NCBI GenBank assembly: GCA_977017645.1
Contig: OZ360239.1
Coordinates: 29,202,001 to 29,266,000, forward strand
Reading direction: 5' to 3'
Source: Torpedo marmorata
Lineage: Eukaryota
DNA: 64,000 nt
The stretch's first letter is position 1. Every line of letters begins with the position of its first letter. A program made the translations under genes and the position numbers. The notes beneath the pieces are model-generated. The model was not told where the DNA came from. It was given only the letters and a program-made list of their open reading frames with translations, and searched no databases. This document shows positions 37,901-51,450 of the stretch, piece by piece.

Positions 37901-39074
37901 GTAACACCTAGGCAACCGCACCAATTCTGCTGTGTAAACAAGCACTCTCTCTCTCCTCACCAACAATTCTCCCATCCCCACCCATCTAAAAAAGCCTTAA
38001 TTATCTATAGACCACCACAAACATTTCTGAACGATATGATACAATGTCAGTTGGGTATGGAATACAATTTCAGTCACTTTGTTTTCAGGTTTTCTGCCTT
38101 TAACATCTGAAATATTTACTGAGATTCAGAAGGGAGCCAATTAAAACGGCGTACAATTGTTCGACAAACAGACAAATAACATCGGCATTTGAAGTTCACT
38201 AGACAGAGAGGAATATCTCCAGCTAGCATGTGCCACTGGTGCTCCAAGAACTGAGTGCCTACTTTTGCTCTCCAACTTGTTAACCCAATGCAGGTTTCTT
38301 CACCTGACAAGTTCCTGGTCTCAGTCAAGATACACCGAGCAGCAACCAGGACTGCCTTCAAGCAAGTTATGCAAGGTAATTCTCTTGCAACTAGCAGGAG
38401 CTGAAGGCATGTTTGTTTACATTGGCACGCACAAGCTTTGAGTTTTACACACGCAAAAAAAAAAAAAAATCAACATTCACTTGGATGATCCAGCCACTTT
38501 TAGCAGTGGGGCACTGCTGGCACCTTCCAACAATCCAAACCAAACAAGCATCAATGGTAAAGAATCAGAAAGTGCTGAGAAATAAAGTACTACACAAAAA
38601 CTTGGTTAAAATACCATGCAATTCTATAATATGCGAGGGATGCAAAGGTGAGAGCAAAGCAGTTGGATAATATGTGCAATACAGTTACCACGTTGTGGAA
38701 TCAAGTGAAAGGTATTAATGCTGTAGGATCATAGGTTCAGTTCCTACTCTGTGTCATCTTAAATGGCCTGCCAACCCAGCCACTTGGAAGCTACGCAGAC
38801 ACCCAGGAGACTGCAGATGAAGAGTTTCAGTTTGAAACTTCAGCCATTCTTTCTCTCCCACTGATGCTGCACATCCAGCTGAGCTCCAGCAGATTGTGTT
38901 TGACTCAGAAGTTATTGTGGACCCAGATTTTCCTGGGTTTTGACGAGGGGCAGAATGATTTAAAAACAAAAATTGAGAGTTCCAGCTCTTCATTTCATTA
39001 ACGTGATCTTTGAAAATGTACGTTGAAGGAAATGGCAGAGCTGTCAATTTTTACTGCTCCATATATTATATCTG

Positions 39075-40425
39075 CATGGCAAACATGAAAACGTACAATA
39101 CCTAGTAGGATGAGGTTACAGAGTACTTGGAGGCACGTGACAGAATAGGCCAAAGCCAGCATGGTCTCCTTAAAGGAAATTCTTGCTTGACCAACCAATT
39201 GGAATTCTTTGAGAAAGTGACAAGCAGGCTAGATAAAGGAGATGGGTGTTGTTTATTCGGTTTTTCAGAAGGCCTTTGATAGGGTGCCGCACATGAGGCT
39301 ACTTAACAAGAGCCCATGATACAACAGAAACGTACTAGCGTGGGTAGAGCATTGGCTGATTGGCAGGAAGCAGAGAGTCAGAATACAGGGATCATATTCT
39401 AGTTGGCTGCCAGTTACTAGTGATGTTCCACAGGGGTCGGTGTTGGGGCAGCTTCTTTTTATGTTGTATATGAATGATTTGGATTCTGGAATGAATGGCT
39501 TTGTGGCCAAGTTTGCAGATGATACGAAGGTATTTGGAAGACCAGTAGTGTTGAGGAAACAGGGTGGCTGCAGAAGGACTTCAGATCAGGAGAATCAGGA
39601 GAGAAGTGGCAAATAAAATACAGTCAAAAAGTATACGGTCATGCATTTTGGTAGAAAAAATAAATAAATGAGCAGACTATTTTTAAATGGGGAGAAAATT
39701 GAAAATACCCAGCTGCAAAAAGGGTCCTGGGAGTTCTCATGCAGGATAGCCTGAAGATAAATTTGCATGTTGAGTCGGTGGTGAAGGCGGCAATTGCAAT
39801 GCTGGCATTCATTTCAAGAGGAATAGAATACAAGAGCAATAGAATACAAGAGCAGGTATGAGATTTTGAGGCTCTGGTGGGACCACACTTGAGTATTGTG
39901 AGCAATTTTTGGTTCCTCATTTAAGAAAGGATGTGGTGACGTTGGAGAGGGTTCAGAGGAGGTTCACAAGGATGTTTCTGGGAATGAAAGGGTTATCACA
40001 TGAGGAGTGCTTGACAGCTCTTGGCCTGCACTCATTGGAATTTAGGCGAATGAGGGGGGGGATCTCATTGAAACATTTCAAATGTTGAAAGGCGTGGACA
40101 GAGTAGATGTAGGTTGTTTCCCATGATGTGAGAGTCTAGGACAAGAGGGCACAATTTCAGGATTGAAGGGTGCCCACTTAGAACAGAGATGCAGAGGAAT
40201 TTCTTCAGCCAGAGGGTGGTAAATCTGTGGAATTTGTTGCCACAGGCGGTTGTGGAGGCCAGGTCATTGTGTGTATTTAAGACAGAGATTGATAGGTTCT
40301 TGATCAGCCAGGGTGTCAACGGATATGGGGAGAAGGCCGGGCAGTGGGGCTGAGTGGGAAAATGGATCAGCTCATGATTAAATGGTAGGGCAGACTCGAT
40401 GGGCTAAATGGCCTATTCTATTCCG
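39075..40425 (+). mobile_element. CR1 LINE, 5'-truncated, decayed RT and 3'UTR
   Basis: Sequence for FQKAFD.VPH, VTS.VPQGSVLG and KFADDTK is recognisable with frameshifts; CR1-type 3' end. Confidence 0.92.
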
Positions 40426-40787
40426 ATGATTTTGCACAAAACTACACATTAAGCGGTGCTCAGTCTACTTAATCCATTTAGCATTACAAGAGTTACAATA
40501 CCAAAGTCACTGCATCCATCCTGCAGTCCAGTGCCCTTTATTTACTTGTTAAATCAACCCTTTATTTACTTGTTAAATCAATAACTGCAATAAAAAATTT
40601 TTTTGTGACATTATTATTACAAGATATTTCACTTAATGGTTTTAAACTTTCTAAAATGTAATCTGTTAGTGGAGAAATGTTCTGCCCATAGGTTACAAAC
40701 AGCAATGAAATTCACTGCCCAGCTAATCATCTTAATGTAGTACTGGGTGGGAGAAGAATGCTAATCGACAGCCAAGAACTTAATTCC

Positions 40788-41575
40788 CTTCAGCTGGAAA
40801 AATGGGCGGCAAAATGGCAGATGGTATTCAATGCGGACACGCGCGAGGTGATGCACTTTGGGAGGCCAAACCAGGGTAAGACTTGCACGGTGAACGGTAG
40901 GGCACTGCGGAGTGTGGTAGAACAGATGGATCTGGGAGTACAGATGGCATTAGAGGTAGATAGGGTCGTAAAAGAGCTTTTGACAAATTGGCCTCCATAA
41001 ATCAAAATATTGAGTACAGAGGTTGGGATGTTATGTTGAATTTGTACAAGAATTGTGAAGCCAAATTTGGAGTATTGTGTAGAGTTTTGGTCACCTACCT
41101 CCAGAAAAGATTGTAGAAAAAGTTTGCAAGGATGTTGCCAGGGCTTGAGGAGCTGAGTTACAAGGTTAAATAGGTTAGGACTTTATTCCTGGAGCGTCAG
41201 AGAATGAGGGGAGATTTGATAGAGGTTACAAAATTATACAGTTTATAGATAGGATAAATGAAAGCAGGCTTTTTCAACTGAGGTTGGGTGAGACAAGAAC
41301 TAGAAGACATGGGTGAAGAATGAAAGGTGAAATGTTTAAGGGGAACATTTGGGGAAGCTTCACTCAGAGGGTGGTGAGAGTGTGGAACGAGCTCCCAGCA
41401 CAGGTGGTGGATGCAGGCTCAATTTAAACATTTAAGAGAAATGTGAATAGTTCTGTGGATGGGAGGGGTATGGAGAGCTATGTCGCGATGTTGGCTGATG
41501 GGACTAGGCAGAATAATAGTTCGGCATGAACTAGATGGGCCGAAAGGCCTGTTTGTGTGCTGTAGTGTTCTATGC
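40788..41575 (+). mobile_element. CR1 LINE 3' fragment
   Basis: LEKWAAKWQMVFNA…EVMHFG peptide; 3' end GATGGGCCGAAAGGCCTGTT…GTTCTATG. Confidence 0.9.
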
Positions 41576-41949
41576 TTCCAAATCCATACATCACAATGGT
41601 TATTCTAAATTTTTCCTGGTTCCATTCAATAGTATTGGGACAGATTGCTCAATGGAGGAGTCAACATTAACTCATGCTACAATTGCTCCTTTCTGAAAAT
41701 TATAAAATTTAAGAAATACCAATCTGTTAACCTCATTCTCATTGAAGCATCTTCTAAAGCTCAGATATACATTTAGTCCAACATACCAGTTTTTATAACG
41801 AGTTTTGGGAAAATTTATAAGCCGCTACACTCCGTTTTGGATTAAGTTTGGTCCTGTCAAATGACACTCAAGAGAATGCCTGATATCATTAATGCTCAGT
41901 GGCCTGCATATTGACTGCAAATTTATTTCTCTGTGTGTATTGACAACGA

Positions 41950-42330
41950 CAAGGTTATCAGTTTAGTGCATTTGCTGACACTCTAACCTCAAATCGTTAG
42001 ATAGGAAGATCATGCGTGCTCCAGTCCAGACATTAGTAATCCAGTGCAGTACTGATGGAGTGTGGTGGGATCAATTCATTGGCGGAGAAATTAAGTGAAT
42101 GTTAAGAATGAAATGACCACATTTTTACCACATTGCCTGTGAAGTGCCTGAAGGTGTTTTCCCTCAACCTCCTTTGCTTTTCTTCCCCCTCCCAAAAAAA
42201 ATTTAAGCAGACATTTGCAAGCATTCTAATCTTGCGATTTTGCTCTGTGAAATATGCTAGCTTTATCTATCTGACAACAGGCAGGACACATCAAAAACAT
42301 CATTCATTGTGGAAGCATTTTTAAACAGGC
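41950..42330 (+). mobile_element. Ancient Deu-domain SINE-like relic (AmnSINE/SacSINE type)
   Basis: CCAGTGCAGTACTGATGGAGTG motif and a degenerate Deu/3' region; heavily diverged. Confidence 0.4.
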
Positions 42331-42344
42331 CAGTGGAAATTAAT

Positions 42345-42705
42345 ACTGATTTGATAGAGGTATTTAAAATTATGAGGGGTATAGACAGCGTAAATGTAGG
42401 CAGGCTTTTTCCACTGAGGGTAGGTGAGATACAAACCAGAGGACACGGGTTAAGGGTGAAAGGGGAAAGTTTAGGGGGACATTATGGGGGAACTTCTTCA
42501 CACAGAGAGTGGTGGGAGTGTGGAACGAGCTGCCAGCTGAAGTGGTGAATGCGGGCTCAATTTTAACATTTAAGAGGAATTTGGACAGGTACATGGATGG
42601 GAGGGGTATGGAGGGCTATTGTCTGTGGGCAGGCAAAATAATAGTTCGGCACCGACAAGAAAGGCCTAAGGGCCTGTTTCTGCGCTGTAATGTTCTATGG
42701 TTCTA
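42345..42705 (+). mobile_element. CR1 LINE 3' end
   Basis: DLIEVFKIMRGID…TRGHGL…WNELPAEVV peptide; (GTTCTATG)n tail. Confidence 0.9.
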
Positions 42706-43000
42706 AAATAATGTTTAAAATGAAATAAAGATTTTTTTATTTCACAATCCCTTTAGGCTCCCTTGACAACACATCTGTTTAACAAGAGCTTCCGATGAGA
42801 CCTGTGTACAATTAGAACTTCACATTGACCCAGCACACACACACTCAAGTTTGCCCCAAGCTCCACGACATTGATCTGGATAGGGAGCAAAGGCTGGTAA
42901 AGTTATCAGAGCATCAGAAAAGAGAAAGGAGCAGTGAAGGAGCAAGAATTTCAAGGTGTCAAACTGACACTAGTCATGCTTTTGTACTGCATCACTTTGT

Positions 43001-43136
43001 CACAATTACGGTAATTACACTGGTGGAAAGGCAAAGCAGCTCAAGTCTCACTCTCAGCCCTGAATTTACACAATTACGGTAATTACACTGGTGGAAAGGC
43101 AAAGCAGCTCAAGTCTCACTCTCAGGCCTGAATTTC
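43001..43136. repeat. Tandem duplication, 2 x ~68 bp
   Basis: CACAATTACGGTAATTACACTGGTGGAAAGGCAAAGCAGCTCAAGTCTCACTCTCAG(C/G)CCTGAATTT at 43001 and 43069. Confidence 0.95.
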
Positions 43137-46100
43137 AAGAATACCTGATTTTGTTCCTGTGAAGTGCCTGAAGGTGTTTTCCCTTAAAGGTGTGAGAAGG
43201 TTTTATGCTGCAGAGTGTTTTAAACTGGGCAACATTGTCAGCGCACGAATATTTAAGTTGTATTATCATCGAAGTGAAATAACATCTGCCTTGCTCAACT
43301 GCACCACCCTGTCTGTCATACTACATTATGATCAGCTTCCTATCCTTATATAAAACCACATTCCACATGTCAATAATCAAGTTATACAACAAAGTTGTTT
43401 TACTTTAGAAATTATACTGATACATTTGTTAAAGCTGGTATTATTTTGAATACTTTGAGGAGGCAAGGTTCATCACTGTTCAATGCACAAACCCTATGGA
43501 CATTATCACAAATATCACTCTAATCAGAATCTGGACTGCAAAAAAAGAGCTTTTAAATATACTTACAGCACAAAAAAAATTACCGAGGGTGGAAACCAGA
43601 GAAAATCATAGAAGCAGAAAATAATACAATTTCAGCATAATTAACCCATGTATTTGGTAAATACGGGTAGTTTTAAGAGAAAAGTTGTTTCAAATTCCCT
43701 CTCTAACATTTCACAATTTTTACTACAGCTTTAATTGCCACATTAAAGAGTTTTCTTTTTTGAAAAAGATGGCCTACTTACAATGTAAATATGCAATTGA
43801 AATTCCTTTGATTTCAGTATACATTTGTTTAGTTTGAAAATGTCAGAAGACTTAACTCCCAAACAAGTGAAACGATAAAACTGATTCAGGGAAAATGTAA
43901 ATCCAATTTACATAAATATAACCCCACCACTGAAAAGTGTCAATCCCAAGGCCTACTTGCACGTGACAATAATTATTTAAAATGTTCATGTCCTCTTGCA
44001 AACTCAAATAACTGAAACTTTATCACTACTAATGGGTTAATGGAAATAAAAATTAAGTGCCTTGTATTCAATAAATACGATTTACAGTTACAGCCTTTAA
44101 CCCACTCTTCCTTTCAGGACAGTTCAAAGATTATGCTCTTCCATATGTTCAAAACAAAAGCCAATTTATGCTCTTCATATACATTCATAAGTATTTTTAT
44201 ACATATTTGTGCCCAACTCTCATTAACACCAAACTATTCTTACAAAGTCTTGGGTGTTTAACTCAATACATCACTACTCACATGCAGAATATTAGAGATT
44301 TCACCATGTGCAAACATCCCAACTCCCTGACATGCAGCAGACAAACAAATCTGTAAGAGAGTGAAAACCCTTGCCCCTCCAATCACTAACAATAACAAGA
44401 AATTCCAGGCTTTTTTAAACAATGCTATTCCCTCTGCATGCTGATCACACTGAAAGACAACAGAAATTGAAAATAATTACTGAACACTTACCACAACTTC
44501 CTAATTTTAATACAGGTAGTATAATTCAATTAGATTGAACTCAGGAATACAAGAAAAATATAAATAAACACACTAGAAACATGCCACTTTAAAAATAGAC
44601 AGATGGGCCAACAGTAAAAATATTTAGAACAGATTGAAAAGATTCAGGTACTGTCAGTGCAAAGCTGTAAAATATTTTCAAGTTTCCTATCAAACCATAA
44701 TTTAAAGTCAATCCAAAAGAGTATGTATTGAGAGAAAAAAAATCATCCACGAAAACTACTGAACTGCAAGCAGGACACAGCTGCATTCAACAAGTAACTC
44801 AAATCAATTAACAAAATTGCATGAGGAGAATGATTGATCAAGAAAGGAATTAAACAAGTTATATCCAATCCAATATAGGACAGCAAACAAAATACACCCA
44901 AGTGTTTAGTGTGAATTCCAATTGGATATGGTGTCTTAAATTTGCATGGTAGAACATACAGTTAACATTTGCAGTAATAAACCAAAAAGTTGCTATGATT
45001 GTCAGTCCCTGTTGTTCTATACAGCTAGACCACATAGAAAAACTCCCAACGACACCAATGCTTGAAAATGCATGGGCAAAACCATTGCCAAACCAAAATT
45101 AAGGTGATTTTAAATACTGTACAAACATTCAGGGTTGCTCCCATTCCAAACATCTGATCATAATGTCATTTTCATCAGTGCACCATAGACAAGATCTTTA
45201 AAGAAAATACAGACCACATATTCAAAAGGTCTTGTGAGAGCGGTGGTCTGCAGCAAGGGCTGTAATTTAAGAGAAAGAAAGTGGGCAATTGATGCAAAAG
45301 TATGAACAACCTCAAAGAGGCATCTTAACTAAGCACAGATGACTGGTCAATTTTACATGAAGGATCATGCAGAATAGAGAACATTTGAAATACGTAAAGA
45401 GCGCACTAAACTAGCAATGAAGTCTAGGCATTCAATTTAAAATTAAAACCTTTCATCTGATATTCACAAAAGCAAGAAACCAAGCAGGTGAGAAAGCCCA
45501 GTAACTCAAGACAAGAAACAGGAAATGGAACAAGAAATGCCTCATAACTGTGCTGTAATAGTCGGCAAAGTGGACACGTTTTCCCTGCAAAAATAATTAA
45601 ATTTGTGCTAACACTATTATCACTTGTGCCACAGCAATTCCAAAACCTAAAAGGCCACACACCTTGACATTCACTGTAGTTTACATCCTGCAGGTAACCC
45701 TGTATTGTATGAAAAATTCCAGGGCATTTATTGTTACAATGGAAGGAAGTCACTACAGACAATTAACATTAGCTGTGACTGCCACAGTTCAAACAAGGCC
45801 TCCAAATGAACCTATTTTCCCCTTCAAATTCCTGTATAGTAATTGAATCCTTAACTGTTTTCTTAAGGATTGGACTTTAAAGAAAAACATCCATTTGTAC
45901 TGAATTACTGCAGAGAACACGATGGGGCCAAAATGAGGAAGATGGACAAGAACCACACACATGGATGGCTCAAGACTATAATGAAACCCCCAACCCCCGC
46001 CACCCAAACCCTTTTTCAGAAATACGCATTTGAATCCTCCATGCCTTTTCTTCTGACAGGCAGCCACTGGCAAGACTGCTCTAATTATTCTAACATTAAC

Positions 46101-46621
46101 AGCAATTCCAAGTACTACTCAAACACCTTTTGTTCCCTTCAATAGCTTTTTGCCACCCTGAAATTCCTGCCTGCGAGAATGCGGAGAAGCTATTTACCAC
46201 TACTTCCCCTCCCCCCAACTCCTCCCCACCACACCCCCCCCCACTTCAAAATGCAACATTAGCAAATGTTTCTTTCTCTGCCTATTTTAATCATTTCCCA
46301 GTGGTCCAATTGTAATTTTAAAGAAAACATGTCCAGGCCTTCCTTCCCAGGGCTCCAGTACAGCCCAAGGCAATCCCTGTGGATACTGGACACATTCCCA
46401 CCCCCTTTCTACCAACCTACTCCAAGGAATCAGATAGTCACAGAACCAGGCCCTCCACCCTTCCAGACGGCCTCTTTAGCCTCAGCAGCAATCCAGGTGT
46501 CTATTCAATAGTTTGCACTCAGGTTTAATTTGAAAATTCCAAGCATATTCTTCATTCAATTGTTTCATTACCCTCCGATTTTTAAAAATCTTCTACGTTT
46601 CCATACTGCAATAATCACTGG

Positions 46622-47440
46622 AATTCAAGATTCCATTTATTGTCATGCAATAAAACAGTGTCAATTACATGAAATTCCTTTTGCCTGCTGTAAGGCAGAC
46701 AGATTCGCCATCGGCAGAAATTGCCTGAAGCGCCTCTTACAGTCAGAGAAAGAGAAGCAAAAGAGAGTCCCCCCCCAGTCACCCAGTGTCTGTAGATTCG
46801 CCTCCACAGCCACACAGAGTCCAGTCCAAACCATTGGCAACCCGAGCTCCAGATCCGAACCTCCGACACGGTCAGGAACCCTTCAGCGCCTTCGGCACCC
46901 CCTCGCATCCCGGTTCCGATACCTGGTACCCCTTCAGCCAGTTCGAGCCAATCTCCAGCAGCCCGGCGCGAGTCTCCCGACAACAGTCTCCAGCAGCCCA
47001 CAGCCTCCGCGGGTTCCTCGCCTCGAGTCGCCAGCAGCCCGCTGCAATGCATTGGTCTTTCAGCCGCAGAGCCCCCACACCGGTCCGCCGCCGTGGCCAC
47101 CGTCCTGTGGGTCGTCTCCTCTGCTTCTCCTTCTCAGACGGGGGATGGTCTCCCTGTTTTCTGGTGCCCTGCGCCAGTCCTCCACTCCCCTGGAGTCTGC
47201 AACCCCTCGTGGCTGCTGCCGATCAGAGGCGCTGCCATCTTGGGCGCAGACCCCGCGGTCGCGGGATTTTAAATAAAACTACCGTCGGCTCCTTTAACGG
47301 GCCATTCAAAGCCCGTGCGGAGCTGACGGCAGTCGACTGGGCGGTTGGACCCCGCGGGAGCACTGTATCTCCGCTCCTCACAGGTTCGCACCAGCGGCAG
47401 CGCTGCCGTTACAGTGGCTCGGCGGCGCCGCCATCAAATT
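46622..47440 (-). mobile_element. GC-rich non-autonomous retroposon, copy 2 (more complete 5' end)
   Basis: Near-collinear with 9668-10462; minus-strand start …GATGGCGGCGCCGCCG…; tail AATAAATGGAATCTTGAAT. Confidence 0.8.
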
Positions 47441-48928
47441 AAAAACATTTGTTTCTTAAAAAAGCCAAGTAATTTGCTTGGCTTGTGTTTTTTTTTTAAA
47501 AAACAGCATATCTGGCATTATAAACTCAGCAGGCCTCTGTTGTATTAAGCCCAGGTCACTGCAGAATTTATTGAAAATGTTCATTCAAGTTCATTATTAT
47601 CTGACTGTATATATACAACCAGACCAAACCGTGTTTCTCCAGACCTTGTGACCACAATTCACAAGTTACAACCCAATTGTGTTCTGTTCAATTTAGTTGA
47701 CTCTCAAGGTTCCAAACCTGAACACTTGGTCTCTGCGCAAACAAGTCAAAATGATCACTGATTCCAAGATCCTTCCTGATACTTTCAAATCCTTCCTTGG
47801 CTCCCCCACTATCTTACTTCCATAATCTGTCGGCTGCCTTGGTCCTTCAGCATTTTCTTCCATCATGATAGATGGTGACTGACCAAGATGGCAGGTGGAT
47901 AATTCTTGATGCTGTTTGCTCCTTCCACAACTTACCCAGGGCTTCTGTGTGCTCCTAACACAACTCACCCTCTTCTTACAAAAGGTAGCCAATCTTTCAA
48001 CCATTGTCCCAAGCACTGAACCATTCTCCCTGAAATCTCTTGCCCAACCACTTTCATCTGCTTTTTTTTTTTAAAAAAAGCAGATAACAATCCTACCTTG
48101 GGCCATATTTTCACCTCTTTATTTCCCTTCCTGCCTATTACCTGCTCATCCCTCAATCCTGCAAGGGTCTGAGGAGCAGTTTTAGATGATCAAAGCTCAA
48201 TTGGATGTTTCAGAATGAATCATGTGCCACACATCCCACTGTTCAAAATGCATGCACCGGAAGAGTTCAGGATTCAAATTCTCAGCAGGTGCATAACTCA
48301 AGTTGAGCAACAGCTTCGATCAATCCAGTTTCGGAAAGAATCAAGGCAGAAGGATTGCTGCTTCAAATCACTGTTCTACTAGGTTTGTATTTCAGGTGTA
48401 GACAGAATACCCTTTTTGAAAAAGGGTTTGCCAGTACCTGTACTGTAATTACTTCACCCTACATAGCTCTCATAAAGTCGATGACTGGACAAAACTAACA
48501 CTCCATGATAAAAACTGATGAAGAGATCTAACCATGAGGCTTTATAACAGCTACCTGTGCAATGTATTTCATTAACAATTCATTCGAAGTACCTGCAGTT
48601 CTTTTCCACGGTTACAATATGACACAAGACTTGCTGATATTTGCATGATCTGGTGAGGAATATGAGTCTGCAACAGGAACTTGCAAATGCATGCATTTGT
48701 TTGTCAAGTATTCTCAGGACCTCTTTAACACTGGAACTTTCTACAAAAATCATACCCACCTATTTTCTGAAAAATGTTTTCACAACCATTTTCAATAACT
48801 GGCAATTCTGATGTCCCCAAATAGTAACTTAACCCCCAAAAAAATAGAAATTCTAACAAAAATACAAATCCACTTGATTAACTGCATTCATTGAATGGAT
48901 GGATTCATTGCCACTTTTAACTTCAAAA

Positions 48929-49499
48929 GCCCTTTTTATGGTGCAACCCCGCAATAAAGAAGGCTCAATAAAAAAAATAAAAAGGTGAACTTACTTTTTA
49001 TGGTGACGACCTATATGACGTTTCCAGTGTTGTCTTTATGCTGAGCTGCGTCGGGAGCCGGCTTCCCAATCTGAGGGAGGCGGAGCGAGTGGTGCAGTAG
49101 CGCCGTCCGTCGCCGTGAAGTCGAACATACGCGCCGAGCAATGGCCTTCTTCGTTACCCATAATCCCCCACGCAGCTGGAACCACTGTCAGCGCCAGGGA
49201 AACGCAGAGCGGTTCCAGCTGCGTGAGGGATTATGGGTAACGAAGACAGCCATTGCCATATAGATCAACTCGATGACGTCATCACGATGTCATCAGCCCT
49301 CCCCTTTGCAGCCGCTTTCAGCGGCATTCGTTTTATGGAGGAGGTGGAGAGATTCTCTCCACCTCTGTGTCTACCACCTAGGCGTTTCGGAGTATGCCTT
49401 GGCAATCCGCCATCGGACTTTTTATGAAGGTAAGTGAGGCGACTTAAAGACAGAAATGTTCTGTCTTTACAGTCACTTTCTTTGCACTATAAAAGGGGC
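48929..49499. mobile_element. Harbinger-like MITE with an internal long hairpin
   Basis: TIRs GCCCTTTTTATGGTGCAA / TTGCACTATAAAAGGGGC; flanks AAA/TAA. Confidence 0.75.
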
Positions 49500-50442
49500 T
49501 AATGTTTGAATCTCTCTCAAAGCCCGAGGCTGAACTTGGTATTTGTGCCCAGAGGCACAAGTAAACAGTGGTTACTATGGGTCATCAAAATTTCAAACTA
49601 CTATTTCCCAAATTGCAATCGCACTGGGCAGGCCGTTTTTAAAGTTTTCTGTTTCACACCTTGCACTTTCTCAAACTGTTCTAAACAGCAAAAAAATCAG
49701 AAACTTTATGATAGGGGCTATTGCAGTTCAGTAATCAGAAAGCTGCGATGAGGTACACAGAAAAATATAAATGTACATTTTCTAATTTTTCAGAATATTA
49801 GCCAAATTATAAAGCCATTGATTTGATCAGAGAATTATGGAGAGAGAACAATAAGACAGATGATGAGAAAAGACAGCAAAAAGAAACAGAAGGCATCAGC
49901 AATGAGAGTCAAGACTCACCCACTGATTGTGTGAAAGGAACAAGGCAAGACACGGTGAACTGAGTCCAAGCATCCAAATCAAAAGTTACATTTTACCTAT
50001 TTGCCTCAATCATTTTCAAGGTCATGCTTGTATCAGACAAATCAGAGCCTCCTGATAATTGAAAAGTCAGTTGTGCAGTAATAAGGTGATAGTTTTAATC
50101 CCTTGATATGGTCCTGAAAAAGGGTCCAAATCCAAAACGTTGACTGACCATTTTTGACCATGGATGCAAGCTGAGTTCCTCCATCAATTCTTTGCCTGAT
50201 CAAGATTCTGGCATCCACAGTTTTTGTGTTTTTCTTTCGTTTTAATCCTGTCGCGTGTGTCAATACCAGCCAAGAGATCAATGCAGCTAAATAACTAATT
50301 ATGGCTTATGGAAAGTAATATAAGTCACGATGTCCACACCTGATAATTAAATAGCAATCTCCACAAGAAGGGACAAGGTTTCCAGGTGAGAACAGGGCTG
50401 TCTCCTGCTATGCTGTCTTAATATGTCAGAGCTCTCTCATAT

Positions 50443-50745
50443 GGTTTTTACACAGCTGCTGCGTAACGGGAAATTATTGCAAAATTCCCGCAACGCAGGC
50501 TTGAGTGACTCATTCCCGTTCCGAAATTTTTCCTGCGGCGGCCCTAGACTTAATTGCGGACTGCCTGCAGTCTAAACTGAACTGCAGGCAGTCCGCAACA
50601 ATGGGCTAATGAATATAATGTCGACCCACGTCCAGCTACGTAAGTACCGCACCTCAGGTACTTAAGTCTAAAATCGCGGCGATATCCGTACAGAGGTCAT
50701 TCTGTGTGAACGGCCACTCCGGAAGGTAGGTGTGAAAATTGCTGA
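50443..50745. mobile_element. Probable Harbinger-like MITE with internal palindromes
   Basis: Ends GGTTTTTACACAG…GGTGTGAAAATTGC; perfect hairpin TTGCGGACTGCCTGCAGT…ACTGCAGGCAGTCCGCAA at 50554-50598. Confidence 0.5.
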
Positions 50746-50799
50746 CGGAAAAAAACCGTCGGTTATGTGTAAGTACCATATCAAATTCATTGTTAAGTA

Positions 50800-51450
50800 T
50801 AAACACAGACTTCCTCTCTCAGTTTGTGGGTTCTGAGGTAGCAAATGGCACCAATTTGGGGACCACAAACTCTTCCACAAATGATAGATGGTGAATGACC
50901 AAGATGGCAGGTGGATAATTCTTGATGCTATTTGCTCATTTCTGTGTGCTCCTAACACACAACCTCATGTTTCCCAATACCATCCCTCGTGCACCCTCTC
51001 CATTTTGAGCAATGCGCCAGCAGTTCCCAGGAGTCTTCCCCAATTCTTCAATGTTTTGTGCACATCTTTGAATCTTTTCCTCGGGCTGCCTACTAATCTC
51101 ATGATGAGGTCAGAATGACTCATGATGAGTGCCTATTTCTGGAGTCAGGCACATGAACGAAATGGCCTTCCCAACAGAGCTGGCCAACTACAATCAGCGT
51201 ATCAATACTACTTGCATTGGTCTGAAAGAATTTATTGCCACTGTTTTGCTTATCCTTCCAATGAACTTGAAGGATTCTGCAGAGACAGTATTGGAGGTAT
51301 TTTTCTAATACCTCAAGATGCCTGATATTTGTCAGTCAGTTCACACAAGCAGAAAGGCCGGTATCAAAACAGAAGCTCAACTCCATGGTGAGCTTTTCTA
51401 CCAACTGGAAATCAGAAAGGAGAGAACTGGAGGGTGTAGCATGGGAGGCA
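50800..51450. mobile_element. Decayed RTE-type LINE fragments (a related piece lies at ~47700-47990)
   Basis: Shared ~50-bp block GGTGA(A/C)TGACCAAGATGGCAGGTGGATAATTCTTGATGCT at ~47874 and ~50890; endonuclease-like YFWS…EAQLHG remnants. Confidence 0.45.

Noticed and set aside
40534-40581. 24-bp tandem duplication (and a 16-bp one near 39822-39853)
   Set aside because: Ordinary slippage-type micro-duplications with no sign of function.
46530-47442. Long overlapping ORFs (248, 218 and 161 aa), and similar ORFs at 9772-10554
   Set aside because: They fall in the GC-rich repeat, where stop codons are scarce. Frames are not preserved between the two copies and there is no recognisable domain.
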